64,000 nt of DNA from an uncultured Chloroflexia bacterium. Lineage in GTDB: Bacteria > Chloroflexota > Anaerolineae > B4-G1 > SLSP01. This document shows, one piece after another, positions 10,028-20,389 of this stretch; position 1 is the stretch's first letter, and the number at the start of each line of letters is the position of its first letter. The position numbers and the translations under genes were made by a program. The notes under the pieces are model-generated. The model did no database searches, was not told where the DNA came from, and saw only the letters and a program-made list of their open reading frames with translations. The DNA is taken from the NCBI GenBank assembly GCA_963751345.1, contig CAVVUS010000030.1:128001-192000 (forward strand). Reading direction: 5' to 3'.

Positions 10028-10828
10028 ATGAACGTTATCCTCAACTGGCTCAGCCAACAGGTCATCTGGATCTCTGTGATCAGCCTGATTGGAGCGCTGG
10101 GCTATGTGATGGCAGCGTTGCTGTCGAAACGCAGGCGTGACACAGCGCAGTTCACGCTGGAGCGCGAGGTCTACCACCAGCGCATGGCGCGTGCGTGGCT
10201 CGTAGCGGCGCTATTCCTGACCCTGGCTGCGATGATCTTTACTATCAGTATCTATTGGGCCCCCTCCGGCGCCCTCTCCTCCTCTGGGGGAGGACCGGGG
10301 AACGGAACGGCCACACCCAGCAACGGGCTTTTCACCTTGACACCGGCACCCAATCAGTTCATCCCCAACGCCACACTGACGGCTTCCGGAGCGGTGACGG
10401 ATGTCGTGGTCACCGCCCCGGACCTTCTCGTCCCCTCACCCACGCCTCCTCCAGGAGCGGTCGGGGGCGGGAGCACGCCCATACCGCAAGAGCTCCTGCA
10501 ACCCGACTGCCCAAGCCCTGGGGCCCAACTCACCTTTCCCGTAGCAGGCGGCGGTTTGTCAGGCATCGTCGAAGTGTTGGGCACAGCCCAGGTCAACGCG
10601 TTCTCCTACTACCGGTTCGAGGTGATCTTCCCCGGTTCCGACACGCCCAATTTCATCGCTCAGATCGACCAACCGGTTGAGAACGGCTCGCTTGGGCAAT
10701 GGGACGTGTCGGACGCGTCCCGCTATCCGCCCGGCGGCCCCTATCGGTTCCGTCTTGTCGTCGTGGATATCTATGGGAATACGGCATCGTGTACCATCCC
10801 GGTAAACATTGGAACTGAAGAACGTTAG
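10028..10828 (+). CDS. Membrane protein with 2 TM helices, a Pro/Thr linker and a C-terminal beta-rich extracellular domain
   Basis: Hydrophobic N-terminal helices, PTPP linker, Cys-bracketed C-terminal domain. Confidence 0.7.
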   Translation: MNVILNWLSQQVIWISVISLIGALGYVMAALLSKRRRDTAQFTLEREVYHQRMARAWLVAALFLTLAAMIFTISIYWAPSGALSSSGGGPGNGTATPSNGLFTLTPAPNQFIPNATLTASGAVTDVVVTAPDLLVPSPTPPPGAVGGGSTPIPQELLQPDCPSPGAQLTFPVAGGGLSGIVEVLGTAQVNAFSYYRFEVIFPGSDTPNFIAQIDQPVENGSLGQWDVSDASRYPPGGPYRFRLVVVDIYGNTASCTIPVNIGTEER

Positions 10829-10897
10829 CACAAGGGTTGGCACGCGAGAGCGCGGAGACGGCCCGCCCTGAGCGCATCGCGGGGCCTCTAGCCGGTA

Positions 10898-10945
10898 ATA
10901 TGCAAACGTGCAAACGTGCTAACATGCCAACGTGCAAACGCAGGA
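10898..10945. repeat. 8-bp-period array, consensus ACGTGCAA (6 units)
   Basis: atatgcaa acgtgcaa acgtgcta acatgcca acgtgcaa acgcagga; overlaps the GNAT start region. Confidence 0.8.
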
Positions 10946-11519
10946 GGTAATCGTGCTTGTTCGAATCGCCCGTGATGATGATTGGGAGCCTTGTCTCGAC
11001 ATCGATCTCTCGTATGAGACTGACATGGCCTGGCAGATGGACGAACGTCAGGAGGGGGGAGAATGGCGCGTCTCGTTCCGTGAGATCCGATTACCCCGCA
11101 CCCTGCACATACAATCTGCCGTACTGGACAGCGCACAGACGCCCTCCGAGGCGCGTGAAGAGCGCTCGAACTTGCTCAAGACGTGGCAAAGTCGGGACCA
11201 ATTCTGGGTCGCCGTGGAGCACAGGCAGATCATCGGGTACATCGGGCTGGACATCGATCAGGCCCGGCATCAGGCTCGAATCAGCGATCTGGCAGTCGCC
11301 TCTGACGAACGTCGCCAGGGAATGGCAACGGCGATGCTGCAGCGTGCGACAGAATGGTGCAACCGCCAGCATATCGACCAACTCGTCCTCGTCTGTCCGC
11401 TCAAGGCCTACCCCGCCATCAATTTCGCGCTCAAACACCGGTTTGCCTTCTGCGGGTTCCAGGACGCTTACTGGCCCGGTCAGGAAGTGGCGCTTTTCTT
11501 CCGACAGAGAATCCGCTGA
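10932..11519 (+). CDS. GNAT-family N-acetyltransferase
   Basis: LAVASDERRQGMATAML acetyl-CoA-binding motif A; AINFALKHRF. Confidence 0.85.
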   Translation: MQTQEVIVLVRIARDDDWEPCLDIDLSYETDMAWQMDERQEGGEWRVSFREIRLPRTLHIQSAVLDSAQTPSEAREERSNLLKTWQSRDQFWVAVEHRQIIGYIGLDIDQARHQARISDLAVASDERRQGMATAMLQRATEWCNRQHIDQLVLVCPLKAYPAINFALKHRFAFCGFQDAYWPGQEVALFFRQRIR

Positions 11520-11602
11520 CTTATTACGATAGCCTGATGGAGCGGAGCATCCGTTAGCAGCTTGACGAGGGTTTGTCAGGCTCGATTGGGGTAACAGCTT
11601 TT

Positions 11603-13631
11603 ATGGATTGGTTGCACTTCTTGAGCGGGGCCAGCGACGTCCTCACAGCCGGTGTCGGCGTGACGGCGTTAGCCCTTGTCCTCTATCTAACCGTCTACAA
11701 TCACAGGAGCAAGGTCGCCCAGACCTTTGTGGGCCTGTTGAGTTGTGTGATCGTCGTCTACCTGGTGGACCTGCTGTTGCGTAACATCACGGGTCCCGGG
11801 GAAGCGGAGAGCTTGCTCCGTCTCCAGTGGATCGGCATCGCCTTCACCCCGCCGCTGTACCTCGAATTCGTGCGTGCAATACGCAGCCGGCTTCTGAACC
11901 GTACCGTTCTGAGGGGTAGCTTTCCCGATTGGCTGCGAGCCGTGAGCCTGGGGTTGGGGGGCGTCATCACCGTCTTGGCCCTCTATACCGACACTGTCGT
12001 CCGGTCCCCCTCTGCCGTTCCTTCTCCCCTCGTGGGAAGCCCGGGGACGAGGACTACCGCTGCATCTGCAGCCGGGCCCGTTATTCTACCCTTTCGCGCT
12101 CTTCTTTGCGGTCGTCGCGCTCTGGGGTTTGCGCGAGACCCTGATTGCCCGTGAGCGCTGCTATACCCGCGCTGCCCGGCGGCGTATGGGCTATCTGGCC
12201 ATCGGCTTTGCGGCACCGGCGATGGGAGTCTTTCCTTACCTGCTCCTCTCGGGGTGGCCCGCTGGATTGGGCGAGCGGCTCCTGGGCGGCGGCATCCTTC
12301 AGGGATTCCTCATCACGGGCAACCTCGCGGTGGGTGTAATGCTCGCAATGGTCGCTTACAGTGTAGCATTCTTCGGCACGTTGATGCCGGATCGGGTCAT
12401 TAAGCATCGTATGGTGCGGTTCCTCTTGCGCGGTCCCGTGACAGCCATCCTGGCACTCATCGCGTTCGGCCTCGGCCTTACGCTCGAACCCGCGCTTGGC
12501 CTCGGTCAGTACACCCTGTCCCTCATCTTTCTCGCCGTTGCCATCATCGTTGCACAACTCGGCGTCGAGTTGTTAAAACCCTTGATTGACCTCTTGCTCT
12601 ATCGCGGGGGCGCACTGGAGGTAGCCCAGGTCCAGGAGCTCAGCCAACGCTTGCTCACTACTGCCGACGTCAACCAATTCCTTGAGAACGTTCTCGCCGC
12701 CATCTGCGAACTTATGCGCAGCGACGGCGGCTTTTTGGCCATCCTCGAGGACGGCAAGCTGCGCTGGGAGATCTGGTGCGACCTCTCCATGTCTGAGGAC
12801 GAGATCGCCGGCGTCCCCCTCAGCGAGGTCACCCAATTGCGTGAGGAGGATGACTTCATCCGCTGGGATGGCCATTGGGTCCTGCCGCTCCGCGCCAAGC
12901 CTGCCCCGAGCAGCGTCGAAGCGATCGCCCTCGACGAAGCGGTGGAGCAGACGCAGGGCCGGGAAACCACGGCTTCCCCGGCTCCGCTTCTGGGCCTGGT
13001 CGGTCTCAGGACCCCTGACATCCAAACCCCGCTCTCGCCCGACCAGCAAAGTGTGCTCGACCAACTGCTGTTGCAGGCCTCCGCGGCGCTGGCCGACCGG
13101 CGTCTCCAACAGGTCGTCTTTGACGCCTTTACCCCTCTGTTGCCCGAGCTCAGGGACATCCAAATGCGCGGCGGTATGCTGCGCTACGAGGCCGAATCCG
13201 TCGTGGGATTCTCTCTCGTCCAATCGCCGGAGCTGCCTCAATGGGTACACGATGCCCTGGCGCACTACTGGGGAGGTCCCAGGCTCACCGAGAATCCGCT
13301 TCTAGAGCTTCACATCGTTCGACAGGCCGCTTCAGAGTACGAGGGCGACGTTGTTAAGGGGCTGCGCGCTGTCTTGGCCAATGCAATTGAGCGATTGCGT
13401 CCTGACGGCGAGCGGAAGTTGACAGCTCCCGAGTGGCTGTTATACAATATCCTAGAGATGAAGTTCCTGCGAGGGCAAAAAGTGCGGCACGTCGCAATGC
13501 GCTTGGCGGTCAGCGAATCGGACCTTTACCGCAAGCAGCGTGTTGCGATAGAAAACCTTGCCGGTATCCTGACGGAGATGGAAAAGGATGCGGTCCAGGA
13601 CACAGGCGCCGTCTCGAGGCGCAGATGTTAG
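11603..13631 (+). CDS. Multi-TM (HisKA_7TM-like) membrane protein with a GAF-like region and C-terminal HTH; frameshift near 12050
   Basis: ORFs 11573..12154 and 12129..13631 join through HLQPGPLFYPF. The C-terminus KVRHVAMRLAVSESDLYRKQRVAI is HTH-like. Confidence 0.65.
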
Positions 13632-13687
13632 ACCGTCTGAACATTCAAACGTTCAGAACGTTAACGTAGAAACGTTCAGACGTTCCA
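13625..13687. repeat. ACGT array (~8 units, mostly 8-bp period)
   Basis: atgttaga ccgtctga acattcaa acgttcag aacgtt aacgtaga aacgttcag acgttcca. Confidence 0.75.
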
Positions 13688-13699
13688 AGGAGTGGCCGA

Positions 13700-14695
13700 A
13701 TGGACTCATACGTTCCTCCGTATTCCCCCCTCTGCGAGCCGTACTGGCAGGCATTGCTGGAGCAAGGCCCTGTCAGCGTGGGTACTGTCCCTGGGGTATG
13801 GGAGTGGATAGAGCTGCCCGCGGTGCCACTTGAGATTTGGGATGAGGCCCGTGAACTACAGCAGCACCATACGATCATGAACCTCACGGTCGACAGCTAC
13901 AATCGCGGCGGCCTCATCGCCCACTGGAAGGACATCGAGTGCTTCGTTCCGGCGTCTCACCTCGTTGCCTATCCCTTCCCAGCAGATCCAGACATTCGCG
14001 AGTCCTGCTTTGCCGGTTATCTTGGCAAGGAGCTACGTCTTTGCCTCATCGAGGTTGAGCCTACCCGTAACCGCATCCTCCTCTCCGAGCGCCAGGTCGC
14101 CGAGTGCGAGCTCGAAGAGCCCGAGTGGCCCGACTGGCTATGCATAGGCAGCACCTGCGAGGGAACCATTACCAGCGTTCGACCCTTCGGTGCCTTCGTC
14201 GACATCGGCCCCATCGAGGGCATGGTCCATATTTCCGAGATCTCCTGGGGCCGCGTTCGCCACCCCCAGGACTTCGTCCAGCCTGGCCAACGCGTGCGCG
14301 TCAGGATCCTCAACGTGAACCTGGAGCACCAGCGTGTCGGGCTCAGCCTCAAGCGACTCCGGCCCAATCCATGGGCCAGCGTTGAGGATTACCTGCAACC
14401 CGGCGACGTGGTCACCGGCAAGATCGCGAGTATCGAGCGCTTTGGCATTTTCGTCGAACTCATGGACGGCATCGAGGGGCTGCTCCACATCTCGGAACTG
14501 GATAACGCCACCTGTGCTGACGAAATCCATAGCGCTTACCAGGCTGGAGAGACCATTTGCGTCCGTATTCTGGATATGACACCCAGCGACCATCGCATCG
14601 CACTGGCGCTCGTTCCCAAGAGCGAGATCCCTCACCTATCTGCCGGCGCCCACCGCTCGGCAGACAACCGTCCCCAGGGGGAGCTTGATGCCTAA
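13700..14695 (+). CDS. Second S1 RNA-binding-domain protein (3 S1 domains)
   Basis: NRGGL..FVPASHL; FGAFVDIGPIEGMVHISEISW; FGIFVELMDGIEGLLHISEL. Confidence 0.88.
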   Translation: MDSYVPPYSPLCEPYWQALLEQGPVSVGTVPGVWEWIELPAVPLEIWDEARELQQHHTIMNLTVDSYNRGGLIAHWKDIECFVPASHLVAYPFPADPDIRESCFAGYLGKELRLCLIEVEPTRNRILLSERQVAECELEEPEWPDWLCIGSTCEGTITSVRPFGAFVDIGPIEGMVHISEISWGRVRHPQDFVQPGQRVRVRILNVNLEHQRVGLSLKRLRPNPWASVEDYLQPGDVVTGKIASIERFGIFVELMDGIEGLLHISELDNATCADEIHSAYQAGETICVRILDMTPSDHRIALALVPKSEIPHLSAGAHRSADNRPQGELDA

Positions 14696-17328
14696 GCGCA
14701 CCTATGCGCGCAAGGGAATGGCCCATCCGCGTGCGTCATCCCAGGCGCGCACGCCGTCCCAGGCGCGTACGCCGTCGTCCTCGAGTAAGGCGAAGACCCC
14801 TTCTTCCTCCGGGGGAGGTAGTCGCCAGGCTGCTGGTGCGGGGAAGGGAAGTGGGAGTCTCGGTCGATGGCTGTTGGCCTGGCTCACGGGCCCGGCGGGC
14901 CAGCAAATCCTGTCTCTGGTCCTGATCGCCATTGGTATTTTGACACTGATCACCCTGATTCCGGGCGTCAACATTGTCCCAGGCGCGCACGCCGTCCCGG
15001 GCGCAGACGCCGTCCCAGGCGCGGACGCCGTCCCAGGCGCTGACGCCAGCCCCACACCAGGGTCGACCTCGGGCGCCCTTGTAGGTGCCTGGGTGCGCCT
15101 TCTCGTCTTCATCTTCGGCTGGGCCGCCTACCCGGTTGCGACACTTATCACACTCATAGGGCTCCTCTGGCTGCGTCACCTCGTCCACCAGGCTACGGCG
15201 TGGCGATGGCGTCCCTTCCTGGGCCTGGAACTTGTCCTGCTCGGGCTGCAGGCGCTCACCTATACCCTCATCAACCAGCACAGTTGGAGCCTCGTCGAGT
15301 CGGGAAAAGGTGGCGGCGTGATCGGCTGGGCGCTCTATCTCTTCTTCAGCGACTATCTGGGGCCGCTCATCACAGGACTCCTGATGGGCCTCGTCGTGAT
15401 CGTGGGCATCGCCCTGGCCTTCGACCTCACGCGCCGAGATCTGGCACTCTTCGGCAATCGCATATCAGAAGTGTGGTCGGCGTACCGGGCAGCCCGCGAA
15501 GCTCGACTCCGAGCACGGGAGCGTATGGCTTCGCAGATGCGGATACCCTCCCAGGCACAGTTCCGTCCCAGGCGCCGATGCCTTCGGAGGCACAGAGGAT
15601 TGGTAACGCAGGCAAAGGAAGCTACCTGACGACCCAATCATCTGGCCCCGCACTCACTCAACAACCCACCTTGAGCAAGTCCGCCCGAGGTGCAGAGGCG
15701 CAAAGCAGACGGCAGCCAAACCCCGCCGCTCCTTATCCCTCGTCCCGCATACCGCCTCTCCTGTACCCTTGACCATTCTCCAAGAGTCGCGCACTGCCGG
15801 CATGGATCCGCAGGAGATCGAGCGCAAGAGCCGCATCATCGAGGAGACCCTCGAACAGTTCGGGGTTCCAGCACGCGTCACCGAGGTGCGCCCGGGACCA
15901 ACGGTCACGCAGTTTGGGGTCTCTCCCGGCTACATCAGTCGCGGGTCCGCTTCCGGCGACAGCGAATCGCCGACGCCTTCCGCTTCTGGGGGGAAGAGCC
16001 CTCTCCCATGGGGGAGAGCCGGGGAAGGGCGACGGAAGGTACGTGTGAGCCAGATCGCCTCCCTGTCCGACGACCTCGCGTTGGCCTTGGCGGCCCGCTC
16101 CCTCCGCGTAGAAGCCCCGGTCCCGGGCCGAGCGGTCGTGGGCATCGAGGTACCTAATGCCGATACCAGCATCGTCCGGCTGCGGTCGGTGCTGGAAAGC
16201 GAGGCGTTTCGCAAGTGTGGACGGCCGCTCTGCTTTGCCGTGGGACTCGACGTCGCCGGCGGCCCCCAAGTCGCCGATCTCTCGCGAATGCCTCACCTGC
16301 TCGTCGCAGGCACCACCGGGAGCGGGAAGTCGATCTTCATCAAAGCCGTGGCTGCAAGCCTCGTCATGAATAACACGCCCGACGACTTACGGCTGATTGC
16401 GATCGATCCCAAGATCGTGGAGCTAAGTCATCTCAACGGCCTACCCCATCTGCTCGGGAGCACTGAGACCGACATAGAACGCGGACTGCGGGTACTGCGC
16501 TGGGTTGCTCACGAGATGGACGAACGTTACAAACTCTTCGCCAAGTCGGTAGCGCGGAATCTCGAGGATTACAACGCGCGGTTGGCGCGGCGCCGCACTT
16601 CCCAAACCTCCTCCAAGGGCGGCGCGAGTTTTCCCGCTGGAGGGGAGGACGACGGCAAGCCCTTGCCACGCATCGTTGTTCTCATCGATGAGCTCGCGGA
16701 TATGATGATGTCCGCGCCCGAGGAAACCGAGCGCACGCTGACGCGAATCGCGCAGATGGCGCGCGCCACCGGGATCCACCTCATCGTCGCGACGCAGCGT
16801 CCGAGCACCGACGTGGTCACAGGTCTGATCAAAGCCAATTTCCCCGCGCGCGTGAGCTTCGCCACGGCGAGTGGCGTCGACTCGCGGGTCATCATTGACA
16901 GCCCAGGGGCCGAGTCACTGCTTGGTTCGGGCGACATGCTCTTCCTGCCGCCGGATGCATCGGCTCCAATTCGCGTCCAGGGATGCTATATCTCAGACAA
17001 CGAGCTGGAGGCAATCATCCAATTCTGGCAGCAAGAGGCCGGAGCCACTCCCGCGAAGGCGCCCTGGGACATCCTTGCCGAGGCCCGGGGTCCTGACAAC
17101 TGGCGCATCGAGGGACTGGATGAGGATGCGGATCTGCTGGAACAGGCGATCGCTTACGCCAAAAACCGGGGCAAAGTGACCACGTCAGGGATCCAGAGGC
17201 GCCTGCGCATCAGCTACCCGCGGGCGGCCCGCCTGATGGAACAAATGGAGGCGATGGGGCTCGTGGGCCCTCAGGAAAGCGCCGGTCGAAAGCGTGCCGT
17301 CATCCTCGGCGGCGACGATGATAGCTGA
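14688..17328 (+). CDS. ftsK: DNA translocase FtsK/SpoIIIE; frameshifts near 15560 and 15770
   Basis: N-terminal TM domain (14685..15629). Motor domain has GTTGSGKS, IDELAD and ATQRPS; gamma domain IQRRLRISYPRAARL. Confidence 0.9.
14733..15595 (+). repeat. Three clusters of 18-bp ACGCCGTCCCAGGCGC units inside ftsK
   Basis: 14733-14776 (reads TPSQAR), 14971-15047 (reads AVPGAD x4), 15525-15595 (reads xPSQAx). Confidence 0.8.
15999..16030 (+). repeat. GC-rich palindromic element in frame in the FtsK alpha domain
   Basis: ccctctcccatgggggagagccggggaagggc, encoding PLPWGRAGEG. Confidence 0.7.
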
Positions 17329-17408
17329 AGCAGGCAGGCGCTGTAAGTCCTACAGCGATGCTGATTATCGCTCTCTCGCTAACTGCTGACCGGTAGAGGC
17401 TGCCTGAC

Positions 17409-18982
17409 TCACCCCGCCCGTGCTCGCCGCAAATGCACGGGAAAGCGGCTGCGAAGTCGGTTGCCGTCGCGCTTGGCCCAACCAAGGGGAAAGCCATCCA
17501 CCGTCACCAACACATAGCCGGGCCTGCCGGCGTCCGCCCAGAAACCCCCGTCGAGGAAGCGATCCACCCGTGGATCGTCCGGAGAGAGCCGCAGGGACGC
17601 CCGGACGTCCTCCGGCCCCAGGGCCATGGCCAGTGCGTGATCGGGCTGCACCTTGTTGTGTCGTAGCGACGCCACCCACCACCCCTGCCGTAGTATGGGG
17701 ACCTGTCCAAGGAGTGCCGGCTCCATCGGCGTGATATAGCATTGATCGTCTTTGGCAAGGACAAGCCCCGCTTCGGGAGGGTCGCCTCGCAACACCTCAC
17801 CTAACGTCCTTTCATAGAGTCGCAGGACGCGTCCCGGAATCTCCTGACCGGTCCACTGAGCAGGCAGATCATCAGGTGGCTCCCCTCGCCGCCGCATCAT
17901 CGCGTAGAAATGTCCGTGTCCGGGGCCGGTGTGGGGCCAATATCGTCCGGCCCGCCGCAGATCCGCAGCAGCCTCCCCGGTACCCTGGCGCTCGACAGTA
18001 CTCTGGCGCTCGAGCCACTCCGGATGTCCTGGGCCCATGCCGGGCAAACGTGGGAGATCGATCAACTCGAAGTCGGGTCGTTCCTCCAAGAAAGCGGCAA
18101 TGACTCCCTCGTTCTCCTCCGGAGAAAAAGTACAGGTCCCGTAGAGGATCCGCCCTCCCGCCCGTACCAGATCCGCGGCCTGGGCCAGAATGCGCTTCTG
18201 TCGGCCTGCATACGCCTGCACGGTTGCGACGCTCCACTCCTGAAGCGATCTGGGGTCCCTGGAAAAAGTCCCCTCGCCGGAGCACGGAGCGTCGACCAGC
18301 ATTGCGTCGAAGAGTCCCTTTCTTTCCATGGACACGTCACGAGCGAAGTCGAGGGAAGGGTCGACGAAAGAGGGCGCGCGACGCCGTCTGAGGCGCGGAC
18401 GCCGTCCGAGGCGCGGACGCCGCCCACACCTCCGCCAAGCGATCCGGATGCGCATTGGTGACAATAGCGTTGGTGACGCCCATGCGCTCCAAATTCATCG
18501 CGAGGATCGTCGCACGGCGCCGCGAAACCTCATTCGCCACCAGGACCCCCTCGCCGTTCATCCGGGCGGCGATATGCGAAGCCTTGCTTCCCGGTGCGGC
18601 AGCCAGATCGAGTACCCACTCCCCAGGCTGCGGGTCGAGAAGCATCGCAGCCGCCATCGCGCTGGGATCCTGAATATAGTACACGCCGGCGGTGTGATAG
18701 GGATGCTTGCCGACAGGGGTTTCATCCTCGGCCTCCTCGCCGGAAGCCCCATCCGCCCTGAGCACGAGCCCCTCGGGGCACCAGGGTACCGGCTCAGTCG
18801 CCCACGGCAGGGCCGCCCTAAGCGTCTCGAGCGCTACCCCGGCGGGGATTCAGCCTCAGCCCCACGTCACGTTTGACGAGAGCCGCGAAAAAGGCCTCAC
18901 TTTCGTCACCCAGCCACCCGCGCATGCGCGCGACGAACTCCGGCGGAAGGGCGAGAGCGTTAGAACGTTCGAACGTTTCCAA
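17409..18982 (-). CDS. rsmF: RsmF/RsmB-family rRNA m5C methyltransferase; frameshifted, with a repeat insertion
   Basis: YYIQDPSAM, DLAAAPGSK, LVDAPCSGEG, YGTCTFSPEENE, C-terminal GFPLGWAK; spread over three frames. Confidence 0.82.
18317..18425 (+). repeat. Composite repeat insertion in rsmF
   Basis: acgagcgaagtcgagggaaggg (18339-18360) plus two full 18-bp units (18381-18416). Confidence 0.7.
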
Positions 18983-19075
18983 GTTCACTCGTTACCACGT
19001 TGGAACGTTAACACGTCTCAACAGCTTGCCCTACCGCAGTTCGGTAGGGTTCCCACGTGGTAACTTTCGAACGCT
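18957..19075. repeat. 8-bp ACGT array (8 units) followed by a CCCTACCG/CGGTAGGG hairpin
   Basis: gcgttaga acgttcga acgtttcc aagttcac tcgttacc acgttgga acgttaac acgtctca, then gccctaccgcagttcggtaggg. Confidence 0.8.
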
Positions 19076-19078
19076 CCC

Positions 19079-20332
19079 CTACTCTTTCTCATACGGCACC
19101 CCGTCTGCGGCAGGCGCGCGGGACTGCCCAACGACCCCGGCCAGCACGATCATCGTGACCAGATAGGGCGCCATCAACAGGAACTGCGAGGGAATCGGCA
19201 CCGCCAGAATCGCCAGCTTCGTCTGCAGAGAGTCGGCAAACCCGAAAATCAGAGAGGATCCCAAGGCGCCGACCGGATTCCACTTGCCGAAGATCATCGC
19301 AGCGAGGCCTATGTAGCCCTTGCCCGCAGTCATCAGCTCATCGAAGCGCGCCACAGAGCTCAGAACCAGGTAGGCCCCTCCCAACCCCGCGATCGCCCCG
19401 CCGATCAGGACGTTCGCGTAGCGTGTCCTGAAGACATTGATCCCTAACGTATCGGCGGCCCGCGGGTGTTCACCCACAGCCCGCGTGCGCAGCCCCCAGC
19501 GCGTATAGAACAGCATCCACTGGATGACGACCACAAGAATCAGGGCCAGATATACCACGAAGGTGTTGCTGAAGAGCGCCGGCCCAAGGATCGGGATACG
19601 CGACAACCCCGGAATCAGAAGAGGGGCAAAGGTAGGAGGGCTGTTCAGCGCCGCATTCTTCTGCAAGTAGCGGGAACTGAAGTAACTCGTCAATCCGGTC
19701 GCCAGGATATTGATCGCCGTACCGGCGATGATCTGATTCACCTTGTACTTGATCGCTAGCACTGCGAGCAGACCGCCCATGAGCGCGCCACCGATCATCG
19801 CCCCTGCCAGCCCGATCCAGACACTTTCGGCCAAGCTGCCGATAAGCGCTGAAAAGAACGCCCCCACCAACATCATGCCCTCAATTCCGATATTCACGAC
19901 CCCACAACGCTCGCACATTACACCGCTCAGCGCGGCCAAAATGATGGGAATGGCACGCAACAACGAGGAGTTGATCATACCCGAGAGGTTCATAGACTTG
20001 CCACGGGCGGCCCACGCCAAGAAAGCCAGGACAAACAGGCCCACGACCACACCCAGCATCCCATTCGCGTGGGCAAATCCTCTTGCCAATTGCCAGATAC
20101 CGGCGAGAAGTGCCAGTGCAGCCAGCAAATAGAGCCCGATCTGCGTAGAAAAGACCAGGTCCCCGACGGGCATAGCCTCGCCGCGCAACTCCGTGAAGGT
20201 AAAGGTCGTCCTTTCGTTGGCCTGGGTTCCGGGCAAGAAAAGTAGCACGATGGCCAGTGCAAAGCCACAGAAGACGATACCCAGCGTCCGCGCCCTTCGC
20301 CGGGCCTTGTCAGATGCCGTCATGAAAGCCAT
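19079..20332 (-). CDS. Nucleoside/sugar ABC transporter permease II
   Basis: ERCGVVNIGIEG, TRWGLRTRAVGEHP, GKGYIGLAAMIFGKW. Confidence 0.9.
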   Translation of the reverse strand: MAFMTASDKARRRARTLGIVFCGFALAIVLLFLPGTQANERTTFTFTELRGEAMPVGDLVFSTQIGLYLLAALALLAGIWQLARGFAHANGMLGVVVGLFVLAFLAWAARGKSMNLSGMINSSLLRAIPIILAALSGVMCERCGVVNIGIEGMMLVGAFFSALIGSLAESVWIGLAGAMIGGALMGGLLAVLAIKYKVNQIIAGTAINILATGLTSYFSSRYLQKNAALNSPPTFAPLLIPGLSRIPILGPALFSNTFVVYLALILVVVIQWMLFYTRWGLRTRAVGEHPRAADTLGINVFRTRYANVLIGGAIAGLGGAYLVLSSVARFDELMTAGKGYIGLAAMIFGKWNPVGALGSSLIFGFADSLQTKLAILAVPIPSQFLLMAPYLVTMIVLAGVVGQSRAPAADGVPYEKE

Positions 20333-20389
20333 CCTTCCCTCCTGTAGAGACGTGGCGATGCCCCGTCTGAGGCGCAAACGCAGTCTGTT

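Noticed and set aside
14971-15047. Possible CRISPR array from the 18-bp or 8-bp repeats
   Set aside because: The units are directly tandem with no unique spacers and are too short, and there are no cas genes in the window.
17980-18015. 18-bp duplication in rsmF (ERQSTV/ERQGTG)
   Set aside because: Its sequence is unrelated to the dispersed 18-bp hairpin family; it looks like a one-off local duplication.
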